From Octopus vulgaris (lineage: Eukaryota), in NCBI GenBank assembly GCA_951406725.2, contig OX597815.1, positions 125,860,001-125,924,000 on the forward strand: DNA of 64,000 bases. Direction: 5' to 3'. A program made the translations under genes and the position numbers. This document shows positions 27,341 through 42,786 of the stretch, one piece after another; positions within the stretch are counted from its first letter, which is position 1, and the number at the start of each line of letters is the position of its first letter. Under the pieces are notes generated by a model that saw only the letters and a list, made by a program, of their open reading frames with translations, had not been told where the DNA came from and searched no databases.

Positions 27341-27535
27341 AAGGCGGCGACCTGGCAGAATCATTTGCACATCGGGCAAAATGCTTTGCAGCAATTCGTC
27401 TGTCTTTACGTTCTAAGTTCAAATGTCGCCGGGGTCGACTTTACATTAGATAAGTACCAGTTGGGTACTGGAAGTCGATATAATCGACTTAATCCACACC
27501 TGAAATTGCTAGCTTTGTGCAGTGGATTTGAAAAA
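27341..27535 (+). mobile_element. Family-B SINE
   Basis: AAGGCGGCGACCTGGCAGAATC...GTTCAAATGTCGCCGGGGTCGACTTT. Confidence 0.75.
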
Positions 27536-27921
27536 TTATAAGATATAAGCACGAGGTACGTGCTGGATTGCCTCGTTTTATATGTTTAATCTTGGCGTAC
27601 CTGTTGATGAAGACACCGCACAGCAAATTATTTTATTTGCTAAAATAGAGTCAAAAACCATGGTCCAAAAGATAGATGATAAATGTTATTTTTCTTTCAC
27701 TTCGAAATTTATCCCTAATAGTGGTTTGGATTTTGGATATTCCTGCTAGCGTGCCAGGTATCCTAAGATGGATACCTCTTATGTGTTTAAATGTATACTG
27801 TATTTATATGAATGATATATAGTCTATTGACTAATTTTTCTACACGCTAGGCCACTGATTCTTAAAAAATTTCTAAAAATGTTCTTACCCTGATATTATT
27901 AATTATATATATATGTATAAG

Positions 27922-28400
27922 TTTTTTTGAAAAACAAGACCCCCTTGGAGTAGCCACCTGGTTTTACCATTTTTAAAGGACAAGAATCATTTTCTATTAA
28001 AAGAACTGACCAGCTGTATTTTACTTCTTTCTCTCTTCCTTCTTCCTTTCCTTCTCTTTTCCATTGACACTTCTTTCAGATACACAGGCACCCACACACA
28101 CACGCACACATACATACACACACACAAATACACACACACACATACACACACTCTCATTCACCAAACAATGATTTAAAAAATCCAGACAATTTTTTTGAAA
28201 AATAACATTTATCCATCTGGAGTAGCCACCTGGTTTTGCCATTTTTAAAGGCCAAGAATCACTTTCTATTAAAAGAACTGACCAGCTGTATTTTACTTCT
28301 TTCTCTCTTCCTTCTTCCTTTCCCTCTCTTTTCCATTGACACTCCTTTCAAATACAAAGGCACACACAAACACGCACACACACACATACACACACACGCA
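27922..28400. repeat. ~270-bp tandem duplication
   Basis: TGGAGTAGCCACCTGGTTTT.CCATTTTTAAAGG.CAAGAATCA...AAAAGAACTGACCAGCTGTATTTTACTTC occurs at ~27946 and ~28218. Confidence 0.9.
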
Positions 28401-28688
28401 CTCTCTCTCACTTTCTCCTATTCCTCACCCTCTATTACTATCCTATATCTCTCTCCACCCCTACACATTCAATAATACTATAAAGAGATAAATCTCCTGA
28501 AAAATTTCAATCTGAAGAATCCACTAGAGTGGATGCAAGCGGTAATTTAGGATTTATAAAAAACATGTGTCATATTAATAAAAATCTGTAAAGATAAAAC
28601 CATATATATATATATAAAAATGTATATATATATATAAATGTATATATATATATATAAATGTATATATATATATATAAACATATATATG

Positions 28689-28772
<84 letters not shown>

Positions 28773-28807
28773 CGTGTATGTGTGTGTGTGTGTGTCTGTG
28801 TGTGTAT

Positions 28808-28846
<39 letters not shown>

Positions 28847-29703
28847 GCGTGCAGTTGCGGCATGCAAGTCATGCATTGAATGCCCGTTTATTTTTTTTTA
28901 TATAACTCAAAATTTTTTTTAAGAACGTAATGTATTCATAATTACATTTAAAAATTGTCCAAATCATTACAATCTGATTTGAAATCGTTCCTTTGTTTCA
29001 AAGGAAATCCGCCCAGATTCGATACTTTGGTATATTCCTCTTCCGCTTCTAGTAGGCATGCTCAAAGAAAAATGCATATGAAATCTTTTATCCTCCCCTT
29101 CCCATCTTTCAATAACTATAATTTCTCTCCTGACTATCTGCAAAGTCAATGCCTGTAAGATTCTTTTTTTATCTCCATAAAATAATTACGGAAGGCATTC
29201 TTTGAGAGAAACGCGTTACGTACAGCTTTGCCTCTCCCTTCCCTTTCTATCATTTCTTCTTTCTCAGCAATTCTTTGTAATTAAAGTCGCCAATGCGACA
29301 GGCTAAATGGATGAATGGGTTTGACTTTTTGACCTGTAAAAATGTTGACCAAATGATATCAACAATCCTATAATCCTTAATTGGTCAACTCAAATGTTGC
29401 TGTGACTTGGAATATCTATTTCGCTCTGTCGTAAGTTTTGAAATTATTCTTATTAACTATCCTCTGTATTGAACAAATTTTCAAAAATCCTGAAATCTGA
29501 AACATAATATAGCTAATTAATATTTCGTTGATTTACTAAAATTATCTTGCCGTTCTGTTAAAACTGGTTTACAATCCACGCACACACTCACATACACACT
29601 CACACGAGCACTATTACTTTCATAAGATCTCTTTAGGATTTTCAAAATATTTGTCCAAATGACTGAAACATACACACATAAATATTAACACACACATTGA
29701 AAG

Positions 29704-29741
<38 letters not shown>

Positions 29742-30334
29742 ATGTATAAATTATTTCGTATAAATAATTTTGTTACATTCTTCCAAATTTTCTTTCATCA
29801 TTAGGTAAGTGTAATTTACATTTCTTCGTATTCTTGAATGTTGCTATAGTTAACATCTTTGCTGCTCCTAACAAATGAAAAGAGACGCTAGGTCTTTGTT
29901 AATCTGTTTAGGGCTTTTTACAATGTTGAATTTTCGCTGTGTTCCATTCCGCATGTGTGCGCAAGACGTAGTCTTTTAATGTAAGGAGTTCAGAAAGTAT
30001 CAGAACAGGCTGCACGAGTGAGTGTCAATTATTTTCCCGAAATTGGCGAGTAGCCTGATAAAGCAGCGGATTTCTCTTTGACAGCGTAACGGTCTAAAAC
30101 CATGGCCATATTACGTAACTAAATGTGTTCACTTAGTTAAGTAATTTCAAAATGATTCGGCCCAACCAATAAGTATTTATTGCATGACCAACCTCAGAAG
30201 TCACCACATGCCACTGATATATATATGTATATATAAATCCCAACATATGTAAGAAACGTACGTAGGAACAAATAATTTATAATTCTTCTATACACAATCA
30301 TACAAACTCTTATATCTATCTATCTATCTATCTA

Positions 30335-30439
<105 letters not shown>

Positions 30440-30444
30440 ATATA

Positions 30445-32393
<1,949 letters not shown>

Positions 32394-32464
32394 CGGATTT
32401 GTACGTTCACTAGCATTTCCGACATTTGAAAAAATATTAATCGTTCTCTTTTTTTACTCGCTGC

Positions 32465-32522
<58 letters not shown>

Positions 32523-32745
32523 TACTTGGAGAAAAGAAAAGAAACGAAACGACGCGAGGGCGCTCAGTCATACAATAATTTAATAAATAAAATACATGCA
32601 TACATACATATATGTACGTACCTACATCTACATGTATATATACATGCATATATATATATATATATGAGTACAGGACACTACAAATAAACGTGTTTTTATG
32701 TTTTCGTTTCTCGTTGAGTTCTACGTTTATTTGTGGTGTCCTGTA

Positions 32746-32791
<46 letters not shown>

Positions 32792-32866
32792 TGTATATAT
32801 ACGTGTAGATGTAGGTATGTACATATATGTATGTATGTATGCATATATTTTATTTATTAAATTATG

Positions 32867-32993
<127 letters not shown>

Positions 32994-33244
32994 ATACAGT
33001 AGCGAGTAAAAAAAGAGAACGATTAATATTTTTTTAAATGTCGGAAATGCTAATGAACGTACAAATCCGTAATTGGTTTCGTAAACATGGTTAACCATTG
33101 AAAAATCTAACTTAATAAAATTTAATAGCTTTAACACTAGTTCCCTCCACATGTCTCATATGCAAAATAAGAGAACGATTAGTTTCCTTCAGAAATTTCT
33201 GGAAATTTCAAACGTTTACATTTTCAGGCTCAACATTACTGAGG

Positions 33245-33581
33245 AAACCCACTTCGGTCATGAACGACCATGGGATTGCTCCTAGAAAATTACCCTCCGA
33301 GGCACAAGTCCGGGCAAGGTTGTTTTTTGTGGAAGGTCAGCAGTCACCCATGCGTACCAGCCTCCCCTCTGCACACCACTGATGTTATACAAGGGAAAGG
33401 CAAAGGGGCCAATACAGCTTGGCACCAGTGATGTCGCAGCTCATTTCTACAGCTGAGTTAACTGGAGCAACGTGAAATAAAGTGCCTTGCTCAAGAACAC
33501 AACACGCAGCCCAGTCTGGGAATCGAACTCATAACCTCACGATCGTAAGTTCGATGCTCTTACCACTGAGCCATGCGCCTT
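33245..33581 (-). mobile_element. Family-C SINE nested inside the Tc1 element
   Basis: Complete tRNA head (GGGAATCGAACTC...CCACTGAGCCATGCGCCT on +), CORE-like segment and tail shared with 19548-19828. Confidence 0.88.
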
Positions 33582-33699
33582 CAGTTGCTAGCTCGCCATT
33601 ACTACCGACTCAGTATTGTGCTAGCTTCCGAACATGGTACACCACGCTAAATTTACTCCTAATCTCCGAAAAGAAATTTTCAGCATGAAAGTTTCAGGA

Positions 33700-34652
33700 A
33701 TGACTTTCTCGGTATTTCACGAGACGTAAGGAGATCTAATAGTGTAGTTTCACGTTTTCTTAAGCTCTGTGAAGAAACTAAAGAATTTGAACCAAAAAAA
33801 GACAACTGGTAGACCACGCAAAACCACCATGCGAGATAATGGAGCCATGAAACGGTACGTATTGAAGGATACTTTCGAGACTCCGGCTGGAATTTCTAAG
33901 AAAATAAAAGTAAATAATGGTATGGATGTGAGCCATTTTACAGTGTCTCGTCGTCTGAAGGAATTTGTATTAAAGACTTGTTCCCCGGCAACGAAACCGA
34001 CCATCAGCAAGTAGAACAATTTGGAAAGGTTTTCGTTTGCAGAAGCTCATGTGAACAGGAGGGATGAAAATTGGTCAAAAATTTATTTTAGCGATGAAAG
34101 CAAAATCAATTTAGTAGGTTAAGATGGTAGATAATATGTTAGACGCTTCACAGGAGATGGGCTAAAATCCAAGTGCCTGAAGAAATCTGCCAAGTTTGGA
34201 GGAGGAAGCGTCATGGCGTGGGGGATGATCGCTTCTGAAGAAATTGTCCCTCTAGTGCAGATTAAAGGGACTATTAATGCTAATATCTATTTGAATTTGG
34301 TTAAACAGCATGTGATCCCATCATTACGAGCATTTCCGAATCAACTGTGCATTTTCATGCAAGATAACGCCCCTTTTCATACTGCAAGTCCTGCCACTGG
34401 ATTCTTAAGTGGACAAAATATCCAAGTAATGAAGTAGCCAGCACTAGGTCCAAACTTAGATCCAATTGAAAGCATTTGGAAGATACTTGGAGACAAAGTA
34501 ACACAAAGGGCACCAACTACTACGACGAATTTATGAAAGATATTAGAAGAGGAATGGTAGAAACACCTGACTTGAGCAGGAAACTTGTTATGTCCTGTGG
34601 CAATCGACGTGCAGAGCTGATCTCCAACAAAAGTATACAAACATCATACTAA
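33700..34652 (+). pseudogene. Tc1 DDE transposase pseudogene
   Basis: GRPRKTT, TVSRRL, WSKIYFSDESK, KFGGGSVMAWG, FMQDNAPFH, PNLDPIESIW, with several in-frame stops. Confidence 0.93.
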
Positions 34653-35091
34653 GTGTATTAAGTTAATATTTACATTTCTTTAAATGTTCTCTTATTTTGC
34701 ACATGGGATATTTGGACGAAACTAGTTTTAGTGTTATTAACTTTTATTAAGACCATTGTACAAACTTAGATTTTTCACAGAATTTAGCGAATGGTTAACC
34801 GTATTTACGAAACCAATTGCGAATTTGTACGTTTACTAGCTTTTCCGAAATTTAAAAAATATAAATCGTTCTCATTTTTTTTTTTTTTTGCTCGCTACAG
34901 TATATATATAATCATTATAGATATAGGGTAAATAATAAATTTCACCATGTAGTTTCGGTATGGATAAGAACCTTATTCGGTAAAAACTTATACAAGAAGT
35001 TTTATATATAATTATAACAATAATTAAGGGTTTAGCAACAAGTTGCTTAACCACATACCAAAGGAAATGAATTTTTATAATTCTAATCCAG

Positions 35092-35184
<93 letters not shown>

Positions 35185-35427
35185 TATATAATTATAATTG
35201 TGTGTGTTTATTGAGCGAAAACACCGAAAATCTCCACGGGGCTCCGGCAGGCTGTTGTGGCGACCCCTGTTGTACTTTTTGGCCACAACTTTCTCTCACT
35301 CTCTCTTCCTTTTTTTTTTTAGTAACGCTGCGATGGAGTGGCGTCCCGTCCGGCTGGGGGGAACACATACGCCACAGAAATCAGTAAATCGGGCCCATGA
35401 GCTTGGCTAGGTTTGAACAGGGCGACG

Positions 35428-35514
<87 letters not shown>

Positions 35515-35789
35515 TGTGTATGTGTGTGCATATATATATATGTGCGTGTGTGTGTGTGTGTGCATATATATATGTGCACACACACATATACACTCACACA
35601 CATATACACACACATCATATACATACACGTACATATACACACACACATATCTCCTTCTCTTACACTCTCCTGTCTTAGTAATAACTTTTTCTTCACCCAT
35701 TCCCTTCCGGTCATTTCAAAATGTAAAACATGTGAATTGTTGGTGATTTTCTTCTTCCGTCTTCCCTTGTATTGAACTTTCCTCTTTTT

Positions 35790-35818
35790 CCGAAGAAGAG
35801 CGTCTGCTCGAAACGTTA
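35790..35818 (+). ncRNA. Hammerhead-like motif in a Neptune/Penelope-like end
   Basis: CCGAAGA-A-GAGC-GTCT-GCTC-GAAACGTT; same architecture and similar downstream sequence as 231-345; ends in (TA)n. Confidence 0.5.
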
Positions 35819-35917
35819 AACCATCTTCCTTTCTTCCCAGAGCGTCTGCTAATACTTTACATGTACCACGTTCTCGCGTTGTTGCGTCTTTTGCGTTTGT
35901 TCTTCTTTTTTTGGATT

Positions 35918-35967
<50 letters not shown>

Positions 35968-35972
<5 letters not shown>

Positions 35973-36325
35973 CTTTTACTTGTTTGTCATTTGACTACGG
36001 CCATGCTGGAGCACCGTCTTTAGTCGAATAAATCGACCCCAGGACTTATTCTTTGTAAACCTAGTACTTATTCTATCGGTCTCTTTTGCCGATCTGCTAA
36101 GTTACAGGAACATAAACACACCAACATTGGTTGTCAGGTGATGGTGAGGACAAACACACACACGCATACGATGGATTTCTTTCAGTTTCCGCCCAACAAA
36201 TCAACTCACAAGGCCTTTGGTCGGCTCGAGGATATAGTAGAAGACACTTTCCCAAGGTGCCATGCTGTAGGACTGGAACCATGTGGTTTTGAAGCAAGTT
36301 TCTTACCACACTGTGACTCCTGCTC
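35968..36325 (-). mobile_element. Family-A SINE
   Basis: Tail CTTTTACTTGTTTGTCATTTGACT.CGGCCATGCTGGAGCACC through ...CTTACCACAC. Confidence 0.85.
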
Positions 36326-36650
36326 CTCTCTTGTTGTTCGTATTGATAATCGTGTAGCATTTTCTCCGTTTTCTCGTTTTTTTTTTGGTTCTTTTTTTGT
36401 CTGTGTTGTCGTACACATTCGCTTCCTTTCTTCCAAAAATTTAATGCTCTTAACTTAGATTTTTGGGACCTACCAATTTTGAACAGTCTCGAGTGTAACG
36501 GGCAGAAACTGTAATGATAATTGGAAACTTGACTGGTGAACAGAGGGCCACGAATGATCCATCCTGGGTTTTTTCTGTCCATCTTTGTATCATCTACCTG
36601 TCCGTATATTTTTATTGTCGTCCGTTACGTTCTTATTCCATTTTGGGGAT

Positions 36651-36739
<89 letters not shown>

Positions 36740-36944
36740 AATTCCTACATGCATAAGAAACCGACAAAAGAACAAATGATTTATAACTGTGTTTACATCA
36801 TTTTTCCACTACACACACACACATGACGGGCTCCCATACTGTTTCTGTCTACCAAAATCTCTCACAAGGCATTGGTCGACCCGGGCTATAACAGAAGACA
36901 CTTCCCCAAGGTGCGAAACGAATTTCTTAATCACAAAACCATGG

Positions 36945-36950
36945 ATCTCC

Positions 36951-36996
<46 letters not shown>

Positions 36997-37040
36997 CTGT
37001 CTGTCTGTCTCTCTCACTGCCTGTCTGTCTGTCTCATTGC

Positions 37041-37076
<36 letters not shown>

Positions 37077-37110
37077 TTGCTATTATATAGATAGATAGAT
37101 AAATAGAGTG

Positions 37111-37157
<47 letters not shown>

Positions 37158-37434
37158 AGAGATTGAAACAAAGAAAGTGAAATGAATAAACTGCTGGGTT
37201 CCAGAACATAATCACAACATATTTTACCGTGGATCAGCTGACTTTTAAATTATTCTTATAAGAATTTGTGATTTGTGATTTGGCTGAGGAGAGTTTTTTT
37301 CTTTCTTTTTCTCAGGCATTGACAAGACAAATTCTTGTTAGCAACATTAATAGAAGAATATTGAAATTACGATGAGAGAAGAAAAATTTAATCCCTCGAC
37401 GACCGACTTCTTGGAAAGAAGCAGTGAAACAATT

Positions 37435-37483
<49 letters not shown>

Positions 37484-37606
37484 CATTCCTCTCGTATGTA
37501 CATACACACACACACAAATACACACACACTCGCACACATACACACAAACACACACACAATAAGCCTCTCTCGCATACAAGTACACGTGCACACACACACA
37601 CACGCA

Positions 37607-37642
<36 letters not shown>

Positions 37643-37644
37643 CC

Positions 37645-37711
<67 letters not shown>

Positions 37712-37870
37712 AACAAACCAGCTGCTGTCAGTCCTGGATAGGCTTAAAATGCTCAAGATACACCTTGTGTTACTACGGTGTCTCCGTGACATCAGGAGTC
37801 GAGGCTTCAATCAAAGTTGTGTGTGTGTGTGAGTGAGTGAGAGAGAGAGAGAGAGAGAGAATGAGTGAGA
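36945..37870. repeat. Cluster of (CT)n, (TCTG)n, (GA)n and (CA)n microsatellites
   Basis: Directly visible. Confidence 0.95.
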
Positions 37871-38854
37871 GCATTTGTGTGTACATGGATATGTGTAAGT
37901 GTATGTAAGTGTGTGTTTGTGTTTTACACACTGGCATTCAGATTTATTCTTTCATTTATCGCATTAAAAGTAAAATGACATTGAGACAAAACGAAATAGA
38001 AAAAGAAAAACCATTTCTTAATATATTACTCTCCTTTCATTTAATAATGCGCTCATTTACTTCGTTCATAAAAAGAAAAAAAATCATGTGAAATGTCATG
38101 AATATTCATGTTTCACGTGATCGAGTCGTCTGCCTTTGTGAGAATTATGCCTTCGTCTGTACAAATATTACTGACCAGAATATGGTGGCAATCGAAATAC
38201 ACACAGCTGTTGTGGATGCATCAGCTAGAGAATATCATTTAAACAGTCATATATTTAAACACTGTATTGCCACTGATCATTATTATTATGTATGTTAAAT
38301 AATTCCGATCAACTTCCGGACATGTATATTTTATTTATTTATTTTTAGTTTCGTATCTGTATAGGAACTTTCGTATTTTGGGGAATATAATTAATGTTTT
38401 AAATATAACTAAAACATCGGTACCTTGTGAATACTCTTTTAAGAACCTTTTGCAGTATGGTTTAGTCTTTTGCTCGATGGGAACCTTGCCATGGAAATAG
38501 ATTAAACGACTAACACCATTAGATAACATTTAATATGAGGGAAATAACTCTGCTACAATCAGAATCGTCTACAAATTCTTCGATAAGCAAGGCGTTCTCC
38601 CTAAAGAATTAGAACTGTTATAGCAGTTGTTTGATAAACTTACAGAATATATTCTGATAAAAGCACTTCACTCATTTTTCTAAAAGTAAATACACCTAAA
38701 CGATATAGAAAAGGAAATGCTTAGGGACAAGGAATTAAGAACAAAGACAATATAGTTCTTACACTACTATGTTTATTATTATTTCTTATCTTCAATGATG
38801 TTCATTTTCTAAATTTATTCATTAAAACAAGAGAAATCGATGCATACCTACATA

Positions 38855-39017
38855 CACTAGAGTAGCTATGGGGCGGTAGGGGCGGTCTGCCCCAGGTGAC
38901 ACTTTTCAAGGGGCGACGCTTTCGGGTCTCTTCTAGGCAATATGTGTTTTTTGTGGGGTCTGGGGACTGCAAACGGAAGGGCCGTCTCGAGCGGCACATA
39001 CTCTAGCTACTCTAGTG
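38855..39017. mobile_element. GC-rich MITE (hAT-like)
   Basis: TIRs CACTAGAGTAGCTA / TAGCTACTCTAGTG; second copy at 48513-48649. Confidence 0.8.
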
Positions 39018-39087
39018 TATACATACATACATACATACATACATACATACATACATACATACATACATACATACATACATACATACA

Positions 39088-40345
39088 TGCTGATCCCAAC
39101 ATTTGGGATACTTGATTGGTCTGTATAGGAAATCCACTCCATAGATGTCAAAACTAACAAAATCCTAACAACAACTGGGAACTTTCACAGAAACAGTGAT
39201 ATTGCCAGGCTGCGTCTAAGAAGAAATGAAGGAGGTAAAGGCCTGAGATCAGTGCAGACGGCTTTCGAATGCCGTATGGTATTACTCAGGCAGCACCTGC
39301 TGAGCAACAGCAGCAAAAATAAATATATAAATGCAGTGCTGAAAGGTGAAGTGAGCAACATTGTACGAGTTGGCAGTGAGTTCCTTAAGAAGCACTCTTT
39401 TTCTGATGATTTCCTATACAACCCCAAAACAGCTCGGTTCTCTTACCTCAGAGAAGACCTGGGTGGAAAGCACTCAGCATACAAAAAAGACTATGCCCGG
39501 AAGCTTGATGAAAACAGAATTGATACACAATTGGACACAAGAGCATTACATCACATCACACTTTGAAGGCTATGTGTTTGCAATCCAGGAACAGGAGATT
39601 GCCACAAAGTACCTGGTGAACAAGAGAGACAATAACGCTCTTGTAATCCCAAGGTGTAACCGCATGTGTATGTTATGTCATGTTTCTGTGGAAAACATCA
39701 CGCATGCTGTGCTAAAATGTCTTCGCAGTACAATCTCCCTATGCTGCACGATGTTGTCACTAAAACAATTTACAATGACATCCGCAACAAAGACCGTACT
39801 GAAATAAATTTAGAAAATATCTCTGTTATGGAATATATTCATAAACACCAACTCAAAGAATACTGGTGGAATATTCCCATCAAAACTTCTGTCAAATTTA
39901 AACATAACAGGCCAGATATTGTCGTTTGGGACTGAGGAGCAAAGGTATGTAATGCCATAGAGGTCAGCTGCCCCGCAGATATAAATATCTCTTTGAAAAT
40001 CAAAGGAAAAAAGGGATATCTATAGACAACTGCTTCGAAACCTCTAGCTTTTATATCCAGATTATGAATTTATATTCATACCAATAATTGGAGCACTAGG
40101 TTTTGTCAGTAAATGTTTAAAGGAGAATCTGGATAAACTGGGATTTTTAGAAAGAGATATTGACCTGCTAATTCGTACTTTACAAGTGCAATCCGTGAGT
40201 GAAACAATAAATTTATGCAAGACTTTTCTCAAGTTCCAAATGTGAATTTGTCTATGTTAAGTACATCCCAAAGATGGAGCCTTGTCTCCTTGTTGGAAAC
40301 TGGGTCCCTCCTCAGTCGAAGATTTATAATAATTAAAAACGTGGA
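39088..40345 (+). mobile_element. 5'-truncated R4/Dong-like LINE (RT thumb, CCHC finger, RLE), decayed
   Basis: RLRLRRNEGGKGL, FAIQEQEIATKY, CMLCHVSVENITH, LHDVV, EYWWNIPIKTSVKFKHNRPDIVVWD, IEVSCP, IIGALG; begins right after (TACA)n. Confidence 0.9.
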
Positions 40346-40448
40346 AGAGACATGCATGCATATATACATGCATAGATACAGACATACATACAAACGTATA
40401 AGCATATATATATATATATATATAGTCAAAATGAGGGTGAAAAAATTG

Positions 40449-40887
40449 TATATTAATTTAGTAACATCAATTTAACACCAGTGGTTTAGCGCATAAAATA
40501 CTGAGATTCAGTAAATATTATTAATACACATATGAGAGAGAATCCACTAAACTGGACGCCCTTACGCTAGAGAGAGATCCGCATGAGTCTCATCCACTAA
40601 AAATTGTTCTCAAGAAAAACTTAGCACACCATGAACGTAAGCGAGCAGGACAAATGAAAAATAACAAAAATAACAATTGTTATTTTTCATTTGTCCTGTT
40701 CGCTTACGTTCATGGTGTGCTAAGTTTTTCTTGAGAACAATTTTTAGTGGTTGAGACTCATGCGGATCTCTCTTTAGCGTAAGGGCGTCCAGTTTAGTGG
40801 ATTCCCTCTCATATGTGTATTAATAATATTTACTGAATCACAGTATTTTATGCGCTAAACCACTGGTGTTAAATTGATGTTACTAAA

Positions 40888-40895
<8 letters not shown>
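40449..40895. repeat. Near-perfect ~445-bp palindrome with no spacer
   Basis: Arms are reverse complements with ~5 substitutions and a short duplication near the centre (ACAA|TTGT at ~40676). Confidence 0.95.
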
Positions 40896-40935
<40 letters not shown>

Positions 40936-41007
40936 TAATACACAATCCATACATACATGCACATATGCATACATTCATACCTATATTACATACACACACA
41001 TACATAT

Positions 41008-41042
<35 letters not shown>

Positions 41043-41044
41043 CA

Positions 41045-41074
<30 letters not shown>

Positions 41075-41077
<3 letters not shown>

Positions 41078-41365
41078 TCTCATAACAAATTTTCACAAAA
41101 ACCTAGAAATACTCGGTTTCACGGATAAAGAGCAAAAGAAACTGACGCGGATTCTCCAAATCAAATCTATAAGTCGCACAGTGAAGATTTGGAAGACGTT
41201 CCAAAAATTCTCCGTATGAGATTCTTATGTGAATAGATGCACACATTACTGCAGTGTATGCACTGACAGTTCAACCAACGTTCCGACTCAAACACATATT
41301 TACAAACACTGGGCACTCTCGATTAAAAACGTCTTGTCGCTATGTTAGCGACCGATTCAAAAAGA
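41075..41365 (+). mobile_element. Short 3' fragment of the same R4/Dong-like LINE group
   Basis: NLEILGFTDKEQKKLTRILQIKSISRTVKIWKTFQKF* is homologous to the C-terminus at ~40125-40245; starts after (TACA)n. Confidence 0.75.
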
Positions 41366-41379
41366 ACTTAAACTAAAAC

Positions 41380-41791
41380 AGGAGTGGCTGTGTGGTAAGT
41401 AGCTTGCTAACCAACCACATGGTTCCGGGTTCAGTCCCACTGCGTGGCACCTTGGGCAAGTGTCTTCTACTATAGCCTCGGGCCGACCAAAGCCTTGTGA
41501 GTGGATTTGGTAGATGGAAACTGAAAGAAGCCCGTCGTGTATATGTATATATATATGTGCGTGTGCGGGTGTGTTTGTGTGTCTGTGTTTGTCCCCCTAG
41601 CATTGCTTGACAACCGATGCTGGTGTGTTTATGTCCCCGTCACTTAGCGGTTCGGCAAAAGAGACAGACAGAATAAGTACTGGGCTTACAAAGAATAAGT
41701 CCCGGGGTCGAGTTGCTCGATTAAAGGTGGTGCTCCAGCATGGCCGCAGTCAAATGACTGAAACAAGTAAAAGAGTAAAAGAGTAAAAGAG
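41380..41791 (+). mobile_element. Family-A SINE, full length
   Basis: AGGAGTGGCTGTGTGGTAAG A-box, GGTTCAGTCCC B-box, (GAGTAAAA)n tail. Confidence 0.93.
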
Positions 41792-41859
41792 ATACGCTCA
41801 TACATACATACATACAAAAATACACACATGCATACGTCTTTCACACTGACTGGATATAT

Positions 41860-42087
41860 CTCTTTACTCTCTTTTACTCTTTTACTTGTTTCAGTCATTT
41901 GACTGCGGCCATGCTGGAACACCGCCTTTAATCGAGCAACTCGACCCCGGGACTTATTCTTTTGTAAGCCCAGTACTTATTCTATCGGTCTCTTTTGCCG
42001 AACCGCTAAGTAACGGGAACATAAACACGCCAGCATCGGTTGTCAAGCAATGCTAGGGGGACAAACACAGACACACAAACACTCACA

Positions 42088-42133
<46 letters not shown>

Positions 42134-42299
42134 TACGACGGGCTTCTTTCAGTTTCCGTCTACCAAATCCACTCACAAGGCTTTGGTCGGCCCGAGGCTA
42201 TAGTAGAAGACACTTGCCCAAGGTGCCACGCAATGGGACTGAACCCGGAACCATGTGGTTGGTAAACAAGCTACTTACCACACAGCCACTCCCGCGCCT
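41860..42299 (-). mobile_element. Family-A SINE, full length, inverted relative to its neighbour
   Basis: Reverse complement of 41380-41791 with few differences. Confidence 0.93.
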
Positions 42300-42598
42300 A
42301 TATATATATATATATAATACACAAAACGTGTATGGTATTTTATGCTTTACATAACATACACTCGTTTCCCCGAATTACTACTGGGATTGCATAATTCCTT
42401 CTTAAAACGTTGTAATCTTGTTAAAGTATATCTTCAGTGTTTTACAAGCATTACGCTGGTTGATGGTGATGCACCCCGTCGTACCATACTGGATATAGGA
42501 TAAGAATGTAAGGCCTATTTTTGAGCACCAATTTTGGTAACATGTCGTGCTTCAAAGTATATACAAGTATAATATAAATATGTATGTATGTATGCATG

Positions 42599-42635
<37 letters not shown>

Positions 42636-42648
42636 ATACATACATACA

Positions 42649-42688
<40 letters not shown>

Positions 42689-42736
42689 CTCGAATACCGA
42701 AGGTAGAGTAATATGATTTATTAATAAAGCTGCAAA

Positions 42737-42786
<50 letters not shown>

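Larger units (their letters stand above)
32997..34900 (+). mobile_element. Full-length inactive Tc1-family DNA transposon with ~200-bp IR/DR-type TIRs
   Basis: TA-CAGTAGCGAG...CTCGCTACAG-TA; TIRs ~32997-33180 and ~34685-34900 each carry two AAGAGAAC(GATT) repeats; internal transposase pseudogene. Confidence 0.92.

Noticed and set aside
41380-41455. tRNA gene
   Set aside because: A and B boxes are present but continue directly into a SINE body and tail; this is a SINE head, as are the other tRNA-like segments.
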